A stretch of DNA of 64,000 nt from the human T2T-CHM13v2.0 reference genome, Homo sapiens, in assembly GCF_009914755.1 (NCBI RefSeq), contig NC_060926.1; one strand, 5' to 3'. The stretch's first letter is position 1. Each line of letters starts with the position of its first letter. Below, one piece after another: positions 47,720 through 62,563 of the stretch. Made by a program: the position numbers and the translations under genes. A model generated the notes under the pieces. The model had not been told where the DNA came from. It ran no database searches and saw only the letters and a list, made by a program, of their open reading frames with translations.

Positions 47720-49256
47720 AAGTAAGTTTGACCTTAGGAGTTTGGAACAATGAATGGGTGATGTTATTGAAAGGCAGGACAGATTACATTTCTGTTTTCT
47801 GAGCAGCTCTAACAGTATCTTTTATATCGTATGTTTGTCTTTCTTTGTTTTTTAATTTTTGAGGCATTTCCCCAGTTTGTCTCATTTGATGGTCACAGCA
47901 ATCTGTGAGGCAGGCATGGCAATTGTCATGTTACAACTGTCACTCTTACAGAAGAAGAAACTTCTGTAAGAAGGGATGGTAAGTAATGAAATAATTTATT
48001 CAAACTTCAGGAAGGTGACCCAACTTAGACTGATTTTGTCTTTGATCAAAGAAGTGGATAAAATAATGAAATAATGTACAAGCATCATGGGAATTTAGGG
48101 TAATAAGTGACTGCTCGATTAGAGAAAAAAGTAAGAGGGTTTCACATGCAAAGTGTTTAAGAAGAGGTAGGGCCTTGTGGATATGGTCAATACTCTTCTG
48201 CATGTAAGATATGTCTACAGTGGACATGAAACAACTAGACATTCAGGGTCCAGGTATCTGGAATGTGACTTTGTAGTGTTAATCCAAATTGAAAGTCGAG
48301 TTCTACCTAGTAAAAACAGACACATTGTGTGTCTCTGGACATTTTGGTCATTACAATCAAATCATTTAAATCCATGTGCCTTTTATCAAGGTTATAAGAT
48401 ACCCTCCTCCCATAAGTTTTTCACTCTATCAATCATTAATGCCTGTGTGCCTCTTATTAAGGTTATAACTTGTCCTACTTCCATAGTTCATGAGGTTCTG
48501 ATGAAGATACCTTTTGCTTGGATTTCTGAAAGTGATGAATGCAATGGTCACTCTCAACCCAGATTATTTTGGGGTAGTTTCTGGCATATAATGTAAAGTG
48601 CCCTTCTCCTTTTCCTTGAATAAAGGGAAATTGGTTTGTCTAAGCAAGATGAGGGATGGGGGCTAGCATAAGGCATAAAGGAAGAGAGGTAAGAGAGCAG
48701 AGGAAAGGCTCCCTGGAAGCAGGACACTCCTCCGCCCTCCATACGGTTCAGAGATGTTCTTGTCATGTCCATCCCTTGTTTGGTATGTTCCAGAAATACT
48801 GCTGGAGCAGGGCTGCACATTCTCATCTCCCATTTTCTGTAGGTCAGGGAATTACTGAGAGAGAGAGAAGTGTTAACTAACCCTCCCATCGATTTTCATC
48901 TCTGGACACTCTGGTCATCACAGTCAAATCATTTATGCCTGTGTGCTTCTTATTCAGGTTATAACTTGCCCTACTTTCACAGTTCGTGGAGTTCTGATGA
49001 AGATATGTTTTGCTTGGATTCATTTCTCTGTGGCATTAAAAAGTGAATTTTCATCTTTGTTTTATCACCTGTGTGAATGTTACATCCCCAGAGTTGCAAT
49101 TTGGGTAATGAGCATCAGTGGTAAATTTTGGTAGCAAAGAGCAGGTACTACTGCCAGTTCCAGTGACCTTCTACATTATAAAGTGTTGAGGCCTCTCCGG
49201 GCCCTAGAGGAAAAGTGCTGGTTTAGATAAATTCTGACCTAGGAGGCTTTAATGTG

Positions 49257-50077
49257 TGTGATGGGTCGTTTCATTTGTCAACTTGGCTTGGCCACAGTGC
49301 TCAGATATTTGGTCAAACATTACTCTGGATGTTCTGTGAAGACATATTTGATGAGATTAACATTTGAACAATGGACTTTGAGTAAAGCAGATAGTCCTCC
49401 ATGTTGTTGGTGGGCCTCATCCAACTAGTTGAATGTCTTAATGGAACAAAGACTGACTTCGCCCAAGCAAGAAGAATTTCCACTTGGGTGCAACTGACCT
49501 TGGGACTCAGACTGCAATTCTTCCCTGGATCTCCAACCTGGCTGCCTATCTTGCAGATTCTGGCCTTGCCAAGTCTACACAGTTACATGAGCCAATTCCT
49601 TAAAATAAATCTCTCTTTATATAGACAATCCTCAACTTATAATGATTTGACCTAATACTTTTCAGATTTATGACCATGGAAAAGTGATATGCATTCAGTA
49701 GAAACCATACTTTGATTATTCATACAACCTTCCTGTTTTTCACTTTGTCTATACTATTTAATAAATTACACAATATATTCAACACTTTGCTGTAAAATGA
49801 GCTTTGTGTTAGATGATTTTGCCCAACTGTAGGCTAGTATAACTGTTCAGAGAATGTTCGAGGCAGGCTAGGGTAAGCTACAATGTTCAGTAGGTTAAGT
49901 ATATTTAATGCATTTTGGCTTATGATATTTTCAACTTGGAATGGGTTTATCAGATTGTAACCCCATAATAAGTCTAGGAGAATCATTATCTGTACCTATA
50001 TAAGTATATATACATATATATGTATGTATGTGTGTATATCTGCTGTTGGTTCTGTTTCTTTGGAGAACCCTAATACA
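49257..50077 (+). mobile_element. MLT2 (ERVL) LTR interrupted by MER47A
   Basis: tgtgatgg...tgtcaacttggcttggccac...ggactttgagtaaagcaga...ttggttctgtttctttggagaaccctaataca. Confidence 0.85.
49622..49993 (-). mobile_element. MER47A (TcMar-Tigger)
   Basis: gctttgtgttagatgattttgcccaactgtaggcta...aatgcatttt...atgggtttatc. Confidence 0.85.
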
Positions 50078-50089
50078 ATGTGTGACCTA

Positions 50090-51860
<1,771 letters not shown>

Positions 51861-51921
51861 TAAGCCTGGGTGACAGAGCAAAACTCTGTCTTGGGGGGTA
51901 GAAAAAAAAAGAATGGTTTTT

Positions 51922-52188
51922 AGGCCAGGCGCAGTGGCTCACCCCTGTAATCCTAAGACTTTGGAGGATCACTTGAGCCCAGGAGTTTGAGACCCTCCTG
52001 GGTAGCAACTCGGTCTCTACAAAAAGTACAAAAAATTAGCTGGGCATGGTGGTGCCCACCTGTAATCCCAGCTATTCAGGAGGATTCATGTGAGCCTGGG
52101 AGGTCAAGGCTGCCATGAGGAGAAATTGTGCCATTGCACTCCAGCCTGGGTGACAGAGTGAGACCCTGTCTCAAAAAGAAAAAAAAAA
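51922..52188 (+). mobile_element. AluJ inserted in MER58B
   Basis: gatcacttgagcccaggagtttgag, ggtcaaggctgc; TSD aatggtttt. Confidence 0.85.
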
Positions 52189-52437
52189 TGGTTTTCACAT
52201 TTTTTGAGGTTTGCGGAAAAAATCAAAAGGAGAATAATATTTTGTGACATAGAAAAATTACATGAAATTCAAAACTCAGTGTCCTTAAACAAAGTTTTAT
52301 AAAAACGCAGCCATACTAATTTGTTTATATGTTGTCTACAGCTGCTTTTATACTGCAATGGCAGAGTTGAGTAGTTGCAGTAAAAAAACAAAAATTTTTA
52401 CTATGTGGCCCTTGAGAGGAAAAGTTTGTTGACCCTT
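52189..52437 (+). mobile_element. MER58B fragment
   Basis: aaaaattacatgaaattcaaa...ggcagagttgagtagttgc...aaagtttgttgaccc. Confidence 0.75.
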
Positions 52438-52989
52438 GCTGTGGAATATAAAAATTTTGGATGGCATGATGTGGACTCCCAGTTTTAAATGCTAGATAAA
52501 GTTAAGATGTTGCTATCTTCTTGTCTTGGAAATCACCTCAAAGCAACAAAGAGAACAAAGATCAGACTGACTTATAAGCTCTATCTTCAACAAAAGAGGA
52601 AGTATCTGTAACCTTGAGCCAGTCTATGAGAAATGCAGTGGAGATCAAACAGGGTCATGGGAGAAAACAGGAGATGGTGCTTGTGTCTGGACATCTCAGA
52701 GAAAGGTGGCAGAGAACAGTTCTTCAAAGAGGAGCCCATCCTTGGAGGCAAAATCAAGTCCTTACTGGGAGCAACAGGAATTTCATGAGCAGAGTGATGG
52801 CAGAGGTGCCGTTGAACATAATTTGACACCAAGGACAGTCAAGGATGACAGGGCTGCATCCAGCCATATTATTGTAAGAAGGGTGGAGGAGAGAGATGTA
52901 CTGTGCACCACCTGCACCCCCCAATCTCTGTTGGCTGGAAAAATAAAAGCAGAAAACTCACCCACTCCCTCAACCCTGTAATCCTTTGA

Positions 52990-53419
52990 TTACATTTCTT
53001 TGGTCTTCTATACAAATTACCACATGCTTGGTAACTTAAAACAACAGAAATTTATTCTCTTACAGTTCTGGAGGCCAAAAATCCAAAATCCAGATATCAG
53101 CAAGAGCACGTTCCCTCCAAAGGCTCTAGGGAAGAAGACTTCCTTGCTCCTTCCAGCTTCAGTGGTTCAGGCATTCCTTAGCTTGTGGACGTATCACTCT
53201 AGTCTCTGCCTCCATCTTCACATGCTTTTCCTAGGTCTTTACATTTGTGTGTCTCAAATGCCCCTCTTCTTTCTTTCTTCAATTAAAAACACCAGTTATC
53301 TTGGCTGGGAGCGGTGGCTCATGCCTGTAATCCCAGCATTTTAGGAGGGCAACGCGGTAGATCACCTGAAATCAGGAGTTTGAGACCAGCCTGGGCAACA
53401 TGACCAAACCCCATCTCTA

Positions 53420-53456
<37 letters not shown>

Positions 53457-53772
53457 AGCCAGGTGTGATGATGCATGCCTGTAGTCCTAGCTAATCAGGA
53501 GCTGAGGCACGAGAATCTCTTGAACCTGGGAGGTTGGCAATGAGCCAAGATAGCGCCACTGCACTCCAGCCTGGGCCATAGAGACTTTGCCCCTCTCTCC
53601 CCCGCAAAAAACCCACCAGTTATCAGATTTAGGACCTACCCTAAATCCAGGATGATCTCATATTGACATCTTTAACTTAATTAGATCTGCAAAGACCCTA
53701 TTTCCGAATAAGTTCACATTGATAGTACTAGAAGTTAAGACTTGGACATATTTTACAGGATACAAATCAACC
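52990..53772 (-). mobile_element. MLT1B/C LTR interrupted by Alu (53303-53610, +)
   Basis: acaaattaccac...ttaaaacaacagaaatttattctcttacagttctggaggcc...tctgcaaagaccctatttcc. Confidence 0.8.
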
Positions 53773-54139
53773 CGCTAAAGAGAAGTGCTGGTTTTAAAAT
53801 ATTGCCCCAAATTATTTGATAGTTCTTTCCATCAAAAGGGGGTCTATGGCCTCTCCCTATGAATCTGGGTGACTTTGCATCTGCTTGAAACACCAGGGTA
53901 CAGAAGAAACGACACAACATGACTTTTGAGGATTGTGAAAAGTATGAAGCTTCTGCCTTGTTTGTTGGAACACAGAGCCATTGGGTAAGCAGGCTGTCCA
54001 CCCAGAGCAGCCGTGCTAGAGAGACTCCAAAATCCTCAAGGAGATATTACACAAAGGACCCGTGAGGAAGCTCCTCCATCTGATTGGCCAGCACCAAGTG
54101 TTTCTCTGACATCTCACTTGTCATGAAAGCCATCATCAG

Positions 54140-54412
54140 CCACATGGGGCTGTCAAGCACTGGAAATGTGGCTGGAGCAACGGAGAAACAGAATTTTATG
54201 TTTTGGCTTATTTTAATTAATCTAATGTTAGAATTACTGTAAAATATATCATTACTCATTTTGATACTGATTGGATAGTGAAATGATAATATTTTAGATA
54301 TATTGTGTCAAACAAAATATGTTATCAAAATTAACTTGGCCTTTTTTAATGTGGCTGTTAGAATACTTTTAATTATTTATGGCTCACATCGTATTTCTAC
54401 TGGAAAGTGCTA
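54140..54412. mobile_element. MER3/MER33-type hAT relic
   Basis: agccacatggggct...agcactggaaatgtggct...tttttaatgtggct. Confidence 0.6.
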
Positions 54413-56479
54413 CTTTAGCATCATCTCTAAAAGGTTCTGGAGTTTCAAGCTGGTGGCCTTGCACAGGTGTCTCCCACCTGGGCCAGGTCAGTCACTTGAA
54501 CCAAGTGGCCTTCCAAGGGCCTTCCAGTGCTCTGATCTGCACCTGAGCATGGAACAGACCAGAAGATCACAAGATAAACTGGTGGAATTTTAAGGATATT
54601 TTAGAATGGAAAGAAAGGCCTTTCTTTGCCTGATGCTCATTGCTCTTTTGGGGCACTATGGCATTTTGGAAAGACTTTAGTTAACCCAACTTTAAATGCT
54701 AGCTAAGCTAATTACTACCTGTGTGATCTTAGGTTTGTTTCTAAACCTCTCTGAACAAACAAACAAATATTTACTGTGAATACATTTAACCTGCTCGCCT
54801 AAACCTGTGAGTTTCTTGAAGATGTGACATGATCCCCGCTTTGCAAATCTATTGTGAAGATCGGGGATCTGGGCATAAGAGGCCCAGCAGCTAGTGGCTA
54901 AATAAACAAATATTGATTATAACTTAATAGTTTTTAAATTAAGAAACACTTATAATTTGTATTAATAATTTAATAATAATTTTAATGCCTAAGTATCCTG
55001 ACAAATAAGGAAAAGCCCTGCAGAAGACAAGAGTAATTAAAGACTTTACATTCCTGCACATGTGTGTGCATGTATGTGTGCACAAGTGTGCGTGTGTGCA
55101 TGTGTGTGTGTGTGTGTGTCTGCAGGGGGTTGAGGTGGTACAGGAGATTGATAATAAGCAAATAGACAAATAAATATGTAACTCAGGACATGACAAATAC
55201 TGTGAGAAACAAGGCAGGATGAGGAGCTGGTGAGAGACAGGTGGAGAGATTGGTTGGGAAGGTGGGAAAGTATGTCAGCTAAGGGGACCTCCACTGGGGG
55301 TAAGCCTCGGCCATGTCTCCATTTCATCAAGTGCCAGAACTACAGGATGTATCCTCTCTGCAGAAATCTGTGCTTTCAGTCTGCCTTATTTCACTTTTCC
55401 TGTATCTGCCTATACTTTTTTTTTCTTTTTACTCTAAAAACTGATCTTCTAACCTCAGAATCAACAGAGCAGTGCAGTTTTCTAAGAAAACAGCTTAACT
55501 AAAGCCAATGGGCCTAAAATTAATGCCTTTAAAATCAATTTTCATAAAACCAACTTGCTCATGGTCTATTTGCCATAAGCTGCTTTCACTTACCTTTGTC
55601 TTAAGGTTTCACCTTCAGAGCATCTCCTATGAAGCAGATCAGTTTCAGCCTCTCATGAAGTTTTGTATTTTTTCTAAGTGTTTTTTTCTGATTCAGTCCC
55701 TTGTTTATAAAGTATTTCTGTTTTATTTTCCTATTTTTATTAAGAATTTATGCAGTTATTCATATATTGATTCAATGATTATGGATTCACTGATCAATTT
55801 AATTCATCAAGTTGATTCCTTTGGCGATTTCTTACCTCTCATTTACTATTTTCTTTGTTTTTTCCATACCTACATGTCTCTATGGATTCATCAATACAAA
55901 TTAGTCCCACTCGTTGTTTGATGCAATTCATAAGATCACTATTTCGGCAAAGGCAAACAACTATAGAAAACTTCCTAGTGACAGCTTTTTGCTTTTATGT
56001 TCAAGAAAGTAGAAAAATAAAATGATATTACCGTAGTAATGTACCACATGACCACGTTAAACCCATTAGGATCTTAAGGCTCTAGGCTTGGGTTGCCATA
56101 GCCTACACATGTGGGCAGACACTTGACAACAGGGTTTCTGACTCCAAGTTCAGTGTTTCAATTAAGAGCTCTACACTGCTTCCATCAATAATTTTGCAAA
56201 TGTGCTAATTATACTTTCTAAGTAGTTAAATAAGACACGGTTTATCCACCATTTGCTCAAACACTGTCTCATTTGAACCTCCAAAATATCATTTCTTATT
56301 ACCATTACCACCTTAATGAGGAGGAAACTTGGTTAAATGAACGAGCAAATTAATTAATTATGTAAAGCAGGATTTAACAACTTATTCCAGTGACGAAAAA
56401 AGGAAAAAAATGAGATAAGAAAATAGTTGAATAAACTAACAAAGAAACATCCTCCTTTAGAACATTTAAGCCAGTAGAT

Positions 56480-56676
56480 CGCGGCTGGGGACAATGTTAC
56501 ACTCCCATTGAACACAGACACAGTTTTGGGTGTCACAGGTCGGGGGAGGGTGCTACTGGCATCTCACGGGTAGAGGCCAGGGTTGCTGCTAAACATTCTA
56601 TGATGCACAGGACAACCCCACAGGAAAGAGCTTTCTGGCCCAAAAATGTCGATAATGCTGAGATTGAGAAATCCTG
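56480..56676 (+). mobile_element. MER20
   Basis: gtgctactggcatct...gggtagaggccaggg.tgctgctaaacatt...gctgagattgagaaatcctg. Confidence 0.85.
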
Positions 56677-56692
56677 TTTTAAGGGCTGCTTG

Positions 56693-56830
56693 TTTTTCTT
56701 TTTTTTGTTTTGAGATGGAGTCTTCCCGTGTTGCCTGGGCTGATCTCACACTCTCCTGAGTTCAAGAGATCCTCCCCGCTCAGCCTCACAAGTAGCTGTG
56801 GGATTGCAAGCGCTTGCCACTGCACCTGGC
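56693..56830 (-). mobile_element. FLAM/Alu monomer
   Basis: gagatggagtct...ctcctgagttcaagagatcctcc...cactgcacctggc. Confidence 0.75.
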
Positions 56831-59329
56831 AGGGCAGCTTGTTTGAGGAGGTAAAAATGGAGTGTGCTTCCAAGACAAACACTGACCTTGAAAAGACTGG
56901 TCTTCTTCATACACTGTCTTTCTCCAATAGGGCTTTCACATGTTTTGCCATGTATACCCACACTCCCGTTTCAGAAAGAAGTCTATGTTCCTATGTTCCT
57001 TTTCTCTGCCTGAAGTCTCTCAGGTGAGGCTTTGTTTTGTGCATCTGTTTTCTCTGGCACAGTCCCTCATCCACCAATTCTCTTTATGAACTTGACTCCA
57101 GCCCTCAGTGAAGAGAAAGGCCATGATTGCCTCAGGTTGCGTCCTTGCTCCCAGACCCAGTGCCTGGGCAAGGACCCCAAGTCAGGCTGAGCAGTCTGGG
57201 TCTCTGGCTCAATCTCCTGGTTCTCCAGGCCAAGGCTAGCTCAGGAGCCAACTGAGGGAGGATGTTCCATCCCTTTCCATCTGTCTTTCTCACACTGTGC
57301 TTCGCGGTGTCTTCCTCTTCTCTCCTCCCTCACTCTTCCTTCAGACCACTGGACCTCAAGACTCACTTCTTTTCATCTTCCCTTTAAACCCCTTTCCCAG
57401 AGACAGTAACTCAGGAACAACTCAAAAAGTTCGTGACTGATAATAAGTTTAGACCCCTTCCAGGCAAAGCTGCCCATAACAAGCTCCTGTGGAGTGTAAG
57501 ACATGATAATACAAAGCACTTTTCCATCCTTTACTTCACTGGCTTTCAGAGCTTCCCTCTAAGACTGAGGCACAGGAAATTTCCATGCCACCTTAGAATG
57601 ATGATGAAACAGACTCAGAGCTCCAGGTTACCCGGTTGGTTGCTGGTGGTACCTGCATGTAAAACTGGGCTTCAGACGCTAAGCCCTGTCTCTTCAGTAA
57701 AGAGGTCCTGCCTGCTGGGGGAATGCAGACTCTTGCAGTGCACCTCAGTCTCTTCCCCACATGTACAGCCCCCCTTCTGTTTTCACAAAAAGTCAGCCAT
57801 CCCAGTGACCCGGAAGAGGAACTCTGTTCCCCATTTGGGGGAAGGCATTGTTCTATTTCCCGTCTGGTCTCCTGGACTTTGGAGCTGTATGATTTGATAC
57901 AGTTCTGAGTACTGAACAGCTCTTCCTCATTAAACCCTCACTTATAATGACACAGTCAGCTTCTTCCTTCCTAAGAAAGATCCTCAGCAGATGCTCATCC
58001 CTTTATAATGGACCATCAAGCTGTATTTGTTTGATGTTTATATTTCATCTCATTCCTTTCTGGCATGGGAGGACTCCAGTTGAAACAGCTCACATTTTTC
58101 CTCCAAGTTCTCGTTCTGCCCTCTTTCCTCATTAAGTAAAGGTAATTATAAAAAGGCAAAACAAAACTTGGAATTTCATTGTTGGAGGAAACGCAAAAAC
58201 ATTTGAGAAATGGCCTAAAGATCCCGGAGGAATACTCAGTCTAGAGAAGAAACAAAAAACACAATTAAAGACAGTCTGGAAAATGTTGTAATTGATATAT
58301 GCCCATGAGACTATGGGAGGCGAGAGAAGAAAGAGACTACCTGGGGAGGGTGGCAGGGGACACAGGACGGAAGCAGCTGTACAGAGCAGATATTACCTGA
58401 CCTCATAACTCAATAGCATCTTCAGGTGAGACATGTTTGCTTGTCTCAATGGCACCACAGGTTTTCAGTGGATGGTTTTATTTTCCACTGTCTGAATGAC
58501 TTCAAGTGTCAGTTACTTTAGAGTGCATGGCTTTACTAGAAAACCAGTTTTGAAGTGATTTTCTACGTATTCCAAGAGGTAAACTATAAATGAGAAAACA
58601 CAGTTTTTTGTTATTGTTTTGCCCTATTTTCTATATATAGAAAATAATAGATTCTATAGAGAGAATCAAATTATCCTCTATTTCCTGTATTTTTTCAGTC
58701 TGTTGATTTTTACCCTGGGTCAAACCTCCTGTAACTCCAGATGAAGTTCTAACAATACCTACAACCTCTATTGCCTTCATGTTTTTGTGCAGTAATCATT
58801 GCCAAGTTATTTTGCTTCACACCAGCTGGGACAAAGTAGGACAATTACCTAATGTACCCCAACAAACGGCATGAAAATTGCTTAAGAACCTGCCTTGATG
58901 TTATCACTGCTCTAGTCATTTCATTTTATTATTCTCTCCAGCTAAACCTCCCTAACCTAGTTAGCCACTCCCTGCCCTTTTCCTTTAAACTCCCACGATG
59001 ATTCTACCATACTTCATACAAGGTTTGGTTTTGTTTTGTTTTCACAGGACATTTATGTGTTCCAAATAACTTTTTCCTTTTTAACTAAATCAAGCAGCAA
59101 AGCACCTGGAGGGTCATTGGTTTGGGATGTTCTCTCTTCACAAATTCAGAACATAATAACCTAAGATCATAAGGATTATGATCAGTTATATAATGTCCCA
59201 TTTGAAATTAGAAGTGGAACCAGACGGATGAACTGTAGATAGAGCCTGTCTTCTCTAGCACTTACACTGAGCTCTCCTGGGTGGCTTGACTACCATGATA
59301 CAAAGAAAGCCCTCTGGAAGTATAAGGGA

Positions 59330-60330
59330 AGGAAACATTACTATAGTCTAAGGAGATATTGAAAAACAGGAAAGATAGGAGATGAAGCTGGACCTTTCAG
59401 GCTACGTAAGATTTCAAAGGGAGAAAGGCCCTCCAAGGAGATCAACACCTCAAGCAAGATGCTATAGTCAAAAATATTGGGGCCTATTTTTTAAAAAGAA
59501 ATAAGTTAATCAGTGTTGGTGGAGATCAAGGTTCTGGAGTGGGGAAAGGCACAGAAGGATAAGGCTAGGTAAGTGGGCCATCACCAGATCATTTAAGACT
59601 CTGGATGGCAAACTGAGGGTAGACTTCATTCTGCAAGAAAGAGGAGCCAACAGAGACTTCACAAAATTCTCTAGAAGCATTGAGGAGAGGAAGATATTCC
59701 AATGGTAAAAGTGAGAGATTTTGAAAACTTTAATCAGGACACTGGCTATGGAGAAGAAGAGGAGGAGGGAAAGAAACTTTGTAGGAATCAAACAAATCAA
59801 ATTTAAGTAGGCTGGATATGGGGAAGTGGGAGTGAAGGACTGGTATAAAGAAGAAGAAAAAACAAAGATCAGACAATGTTTATCAAAATATTCTCCTAGT
59901 GCAAGGTCCAAGGGAGACACTCAACAAATATTCTTTGAAGTTGGTGATTCCAGGGTTTGGAGTATAAGTGACTGGTGATGATATTTCCTGGAATAAGGGA
60001 AAAATATCAGGCATTGAGAGGAAGACAACAGGGTCAGCCATGGGCATGTTGCATTTGTGGGTAGAGATGGCTAATTGGCATTGGATATACAAATCAGGTG
60101 AGAGATCTGGGAGAGAGATAAAATGGTCAGTGTTTAACATATAGATGAAACCCCCACAATAAATGAGCTCTTCCAAGAAGAATGTATAGAAGACAACAGA
60201 GGCTGGACAGCAAACATCTCCCAAGGATTTACTCTTGTCTTTGTTCTCTTCCACACATTCTTCTTGGAAAAGCACAGGCCTGGCAGAGAGCAGATACTCA
60301 GTAAACATTTGTTGAGTAATGGAATGAATA
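59330..60330. mobile_element. L2 fragments (reverse-strand body, then a forward 3' end at ~60270-60330)
   Basis: Purine-rich degenerate L2 motifs; cctggca...tactcagtaaacatttgttga...aatgaat terminus. Confidence 0.55.
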
Positions 60331-60832
60331 AGTTTAAGGAGAATGTAGATTGCATTTCATCAGACAAGTACACAGAGATGGGACCTTACTTTTGTTGAGC
60401 ATCAGTTATCTGCCAGGTACTCACTTTACTTGTGGTTTCTCCTTTAAGAGAATGAAATAATATCACTCAAAGCTTTACAAAGCTTTAAAGTCCGGGTTTA
60501 TAGTGACCTCAGCTTTTGCAATGTCTGCAACTCTCATGCCTTCCCTTGGACTCTTCCCTACCCTCAACATTTTTGTATTTAATCTCCACATAAGAAGTCA
60601 GAGCAAAATGAAACTCCTTTGAACTTGGGACACTCTTCACATTCTCTTCTGTAAAGAGAAATCCCAGATGACCAGAAACCTTGTGGTTCTTCTGGGACTG
60701 TTGCATTTGTTTCTTCAGTTTACTAATTCATCACTTTCTAAGAGCTGGCACTGTGCAACATGTGGAAAGAAGACAAGGCTCAGCCAGCAAGAAGCTCAAA
60801 ATACAGTTCAAATGTGTATGTGCACACATTTT

Positions 60833-62563
60833 GGGAACCCAAAATCAACTGATAGAAAACTAAGGTTTCCTTGGATAGAGCCTGCAGAAAATCTCTGCAC
60901 TTATGTATAGACCTGCATCACAATTGCAATGGAATCTGTAAGTAAGCACTGTGGTCTGTGGGCACACTCAGAAGAGTAGGCCTAATTCTGTCTTAGAAGC
61001 ACAGGTAACGGTGGAAGATCATGGAAATCTTCACAGAAGACAAGATATCAAAACAGAGCCTTGAAGGCTAAGTAGGTTTGTTTATTTGCTTCTTTGTTTT
61101 TCCAGATAGAAGGGGCCACATAAGCAAAGATGAAGAAACATAAAAGAGCCTCAGTGTGGATTTTTTGAAAGGTGGGACATGAAGCTGGGGCAGAATACCA
61201 GAAGGGTTTTAAATGAGTGTGGCATGATTGGATTTGTGTTTTGGGAAGACTGTTCTGGCAGCTAGTGCAGACATTGGAATCGAAAATGGAAATATGCCTG
61301 AACAGGGAGCTTGAGGCCCAGGTGCCTTCTTTTTATTCTCTTCTGCCTCCAAAGACCTGAGAAGGGCTGGATTTGAAGACTGATATGTGTAAATGCATTG
61401 AACCATTAGAAACTTTTCCCAGGAAATCTATTACGAAGTTCACCATATTTATTACATTTTAAAATACTTTTTAATATAAGCCTATCATTTGTAACAACCT
61501 ATGAAATTAAACTTTTTTCTTTTTCTTTCTTCTTATGCTTTGTTTTCTTTTCTCCTGATGTTAGAATGAGAAAGAGCACTTGATGAAGAGTCTAGAAGTC
61601 TGTGTTTCAGTCCAAAACCTGCCAATAATGCTGGAAAACCTTAGAAGGTCAACAAACCCTCCTGAGGTTAAAATTCTTCACCCCTCAAAAAGACAGGGAC
61701 TTTCTGAGCCTCCTGCCCCATAAGATTGTCGTCAGTTTCAGACAAGAACCAAGTTGGTAAATGCAGTTTAAAACCTACCATGAGCCAGAGCAAAGGAAGG
61801 AAGTTTCCAATTTTCTATAGATATTTCACATCAGACATCATGCAGTTTCAGTATACTTAGTTTCCTTTGATATTATCCATAGCCTTGGCCCTCAAATATT
61901 TCACATTCTTAGATTAATTTAATAATAGCCTGGTGTTGCTGCTTATGTATCCTACCATATCCACAGCCAACTATGAAGACAATAACTTTCTCACCTGAGA
62001 ACTAAAGACTTACCTGGCTATAGCTCCATATTATAATCTACTTAAATTATAAATTATATGGTATCAGACCATCATCTGAACCATTTTAGATCTAAGAGAT
62101 TTGCCATGTCCTCATATACTGTCTATTATAATCTGATTCTTCTTTCAGTCCACAAATATTTATTAAGCAAACACTCTGCAAAGTTCCAGCAACAGAGACA
62201 CTTGGAAGTAGCTAGAAACTAGGAAATTAAGAAAGAATACACTTTATACAATGTGAATTCTAGGAGGATTTTGTGGGAAAAAAAATTTTAAGGGAAGATA
62301 TGTTTTCAGAGTTTTACACTTAATTATTAAAAATTACAATGATTTTCAAAATGTATCTTTGACAGTGGAGATTATGTTTTGTCTGGTAATCGATCAGCTT
62401 TTTCTTTTAACCAACAGTTCATCTAAAACATTTTACCAAATCCAAAGATAAGAGAATTTACAGTGAAGTTTGGAGGGTAGGGAACCCAAAATCAACTGAT
62501 AGGAAACTAAAGTTTCCTTGGATAGAGCCTGCATGAAATCTCTGCACTTATGTATAGACCTGC
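60833..62563 (+). repeat. 84-bp dispersed direct repeat (60833-60916 and 62480-62563)
   Basis: gggaacccaaaatcaactgata...cacttatgtatagacctgc occurs twice with 4 mismatches. Confidence 0.92.

Noticed and set aside
57433-57897. 154-aa ORF; likewise 55508-55921, 59510-60308 and 62433-62864
   Set aside because: No recognisable homology or exon structure; some overlap L2 relics; lengths compatible with chance
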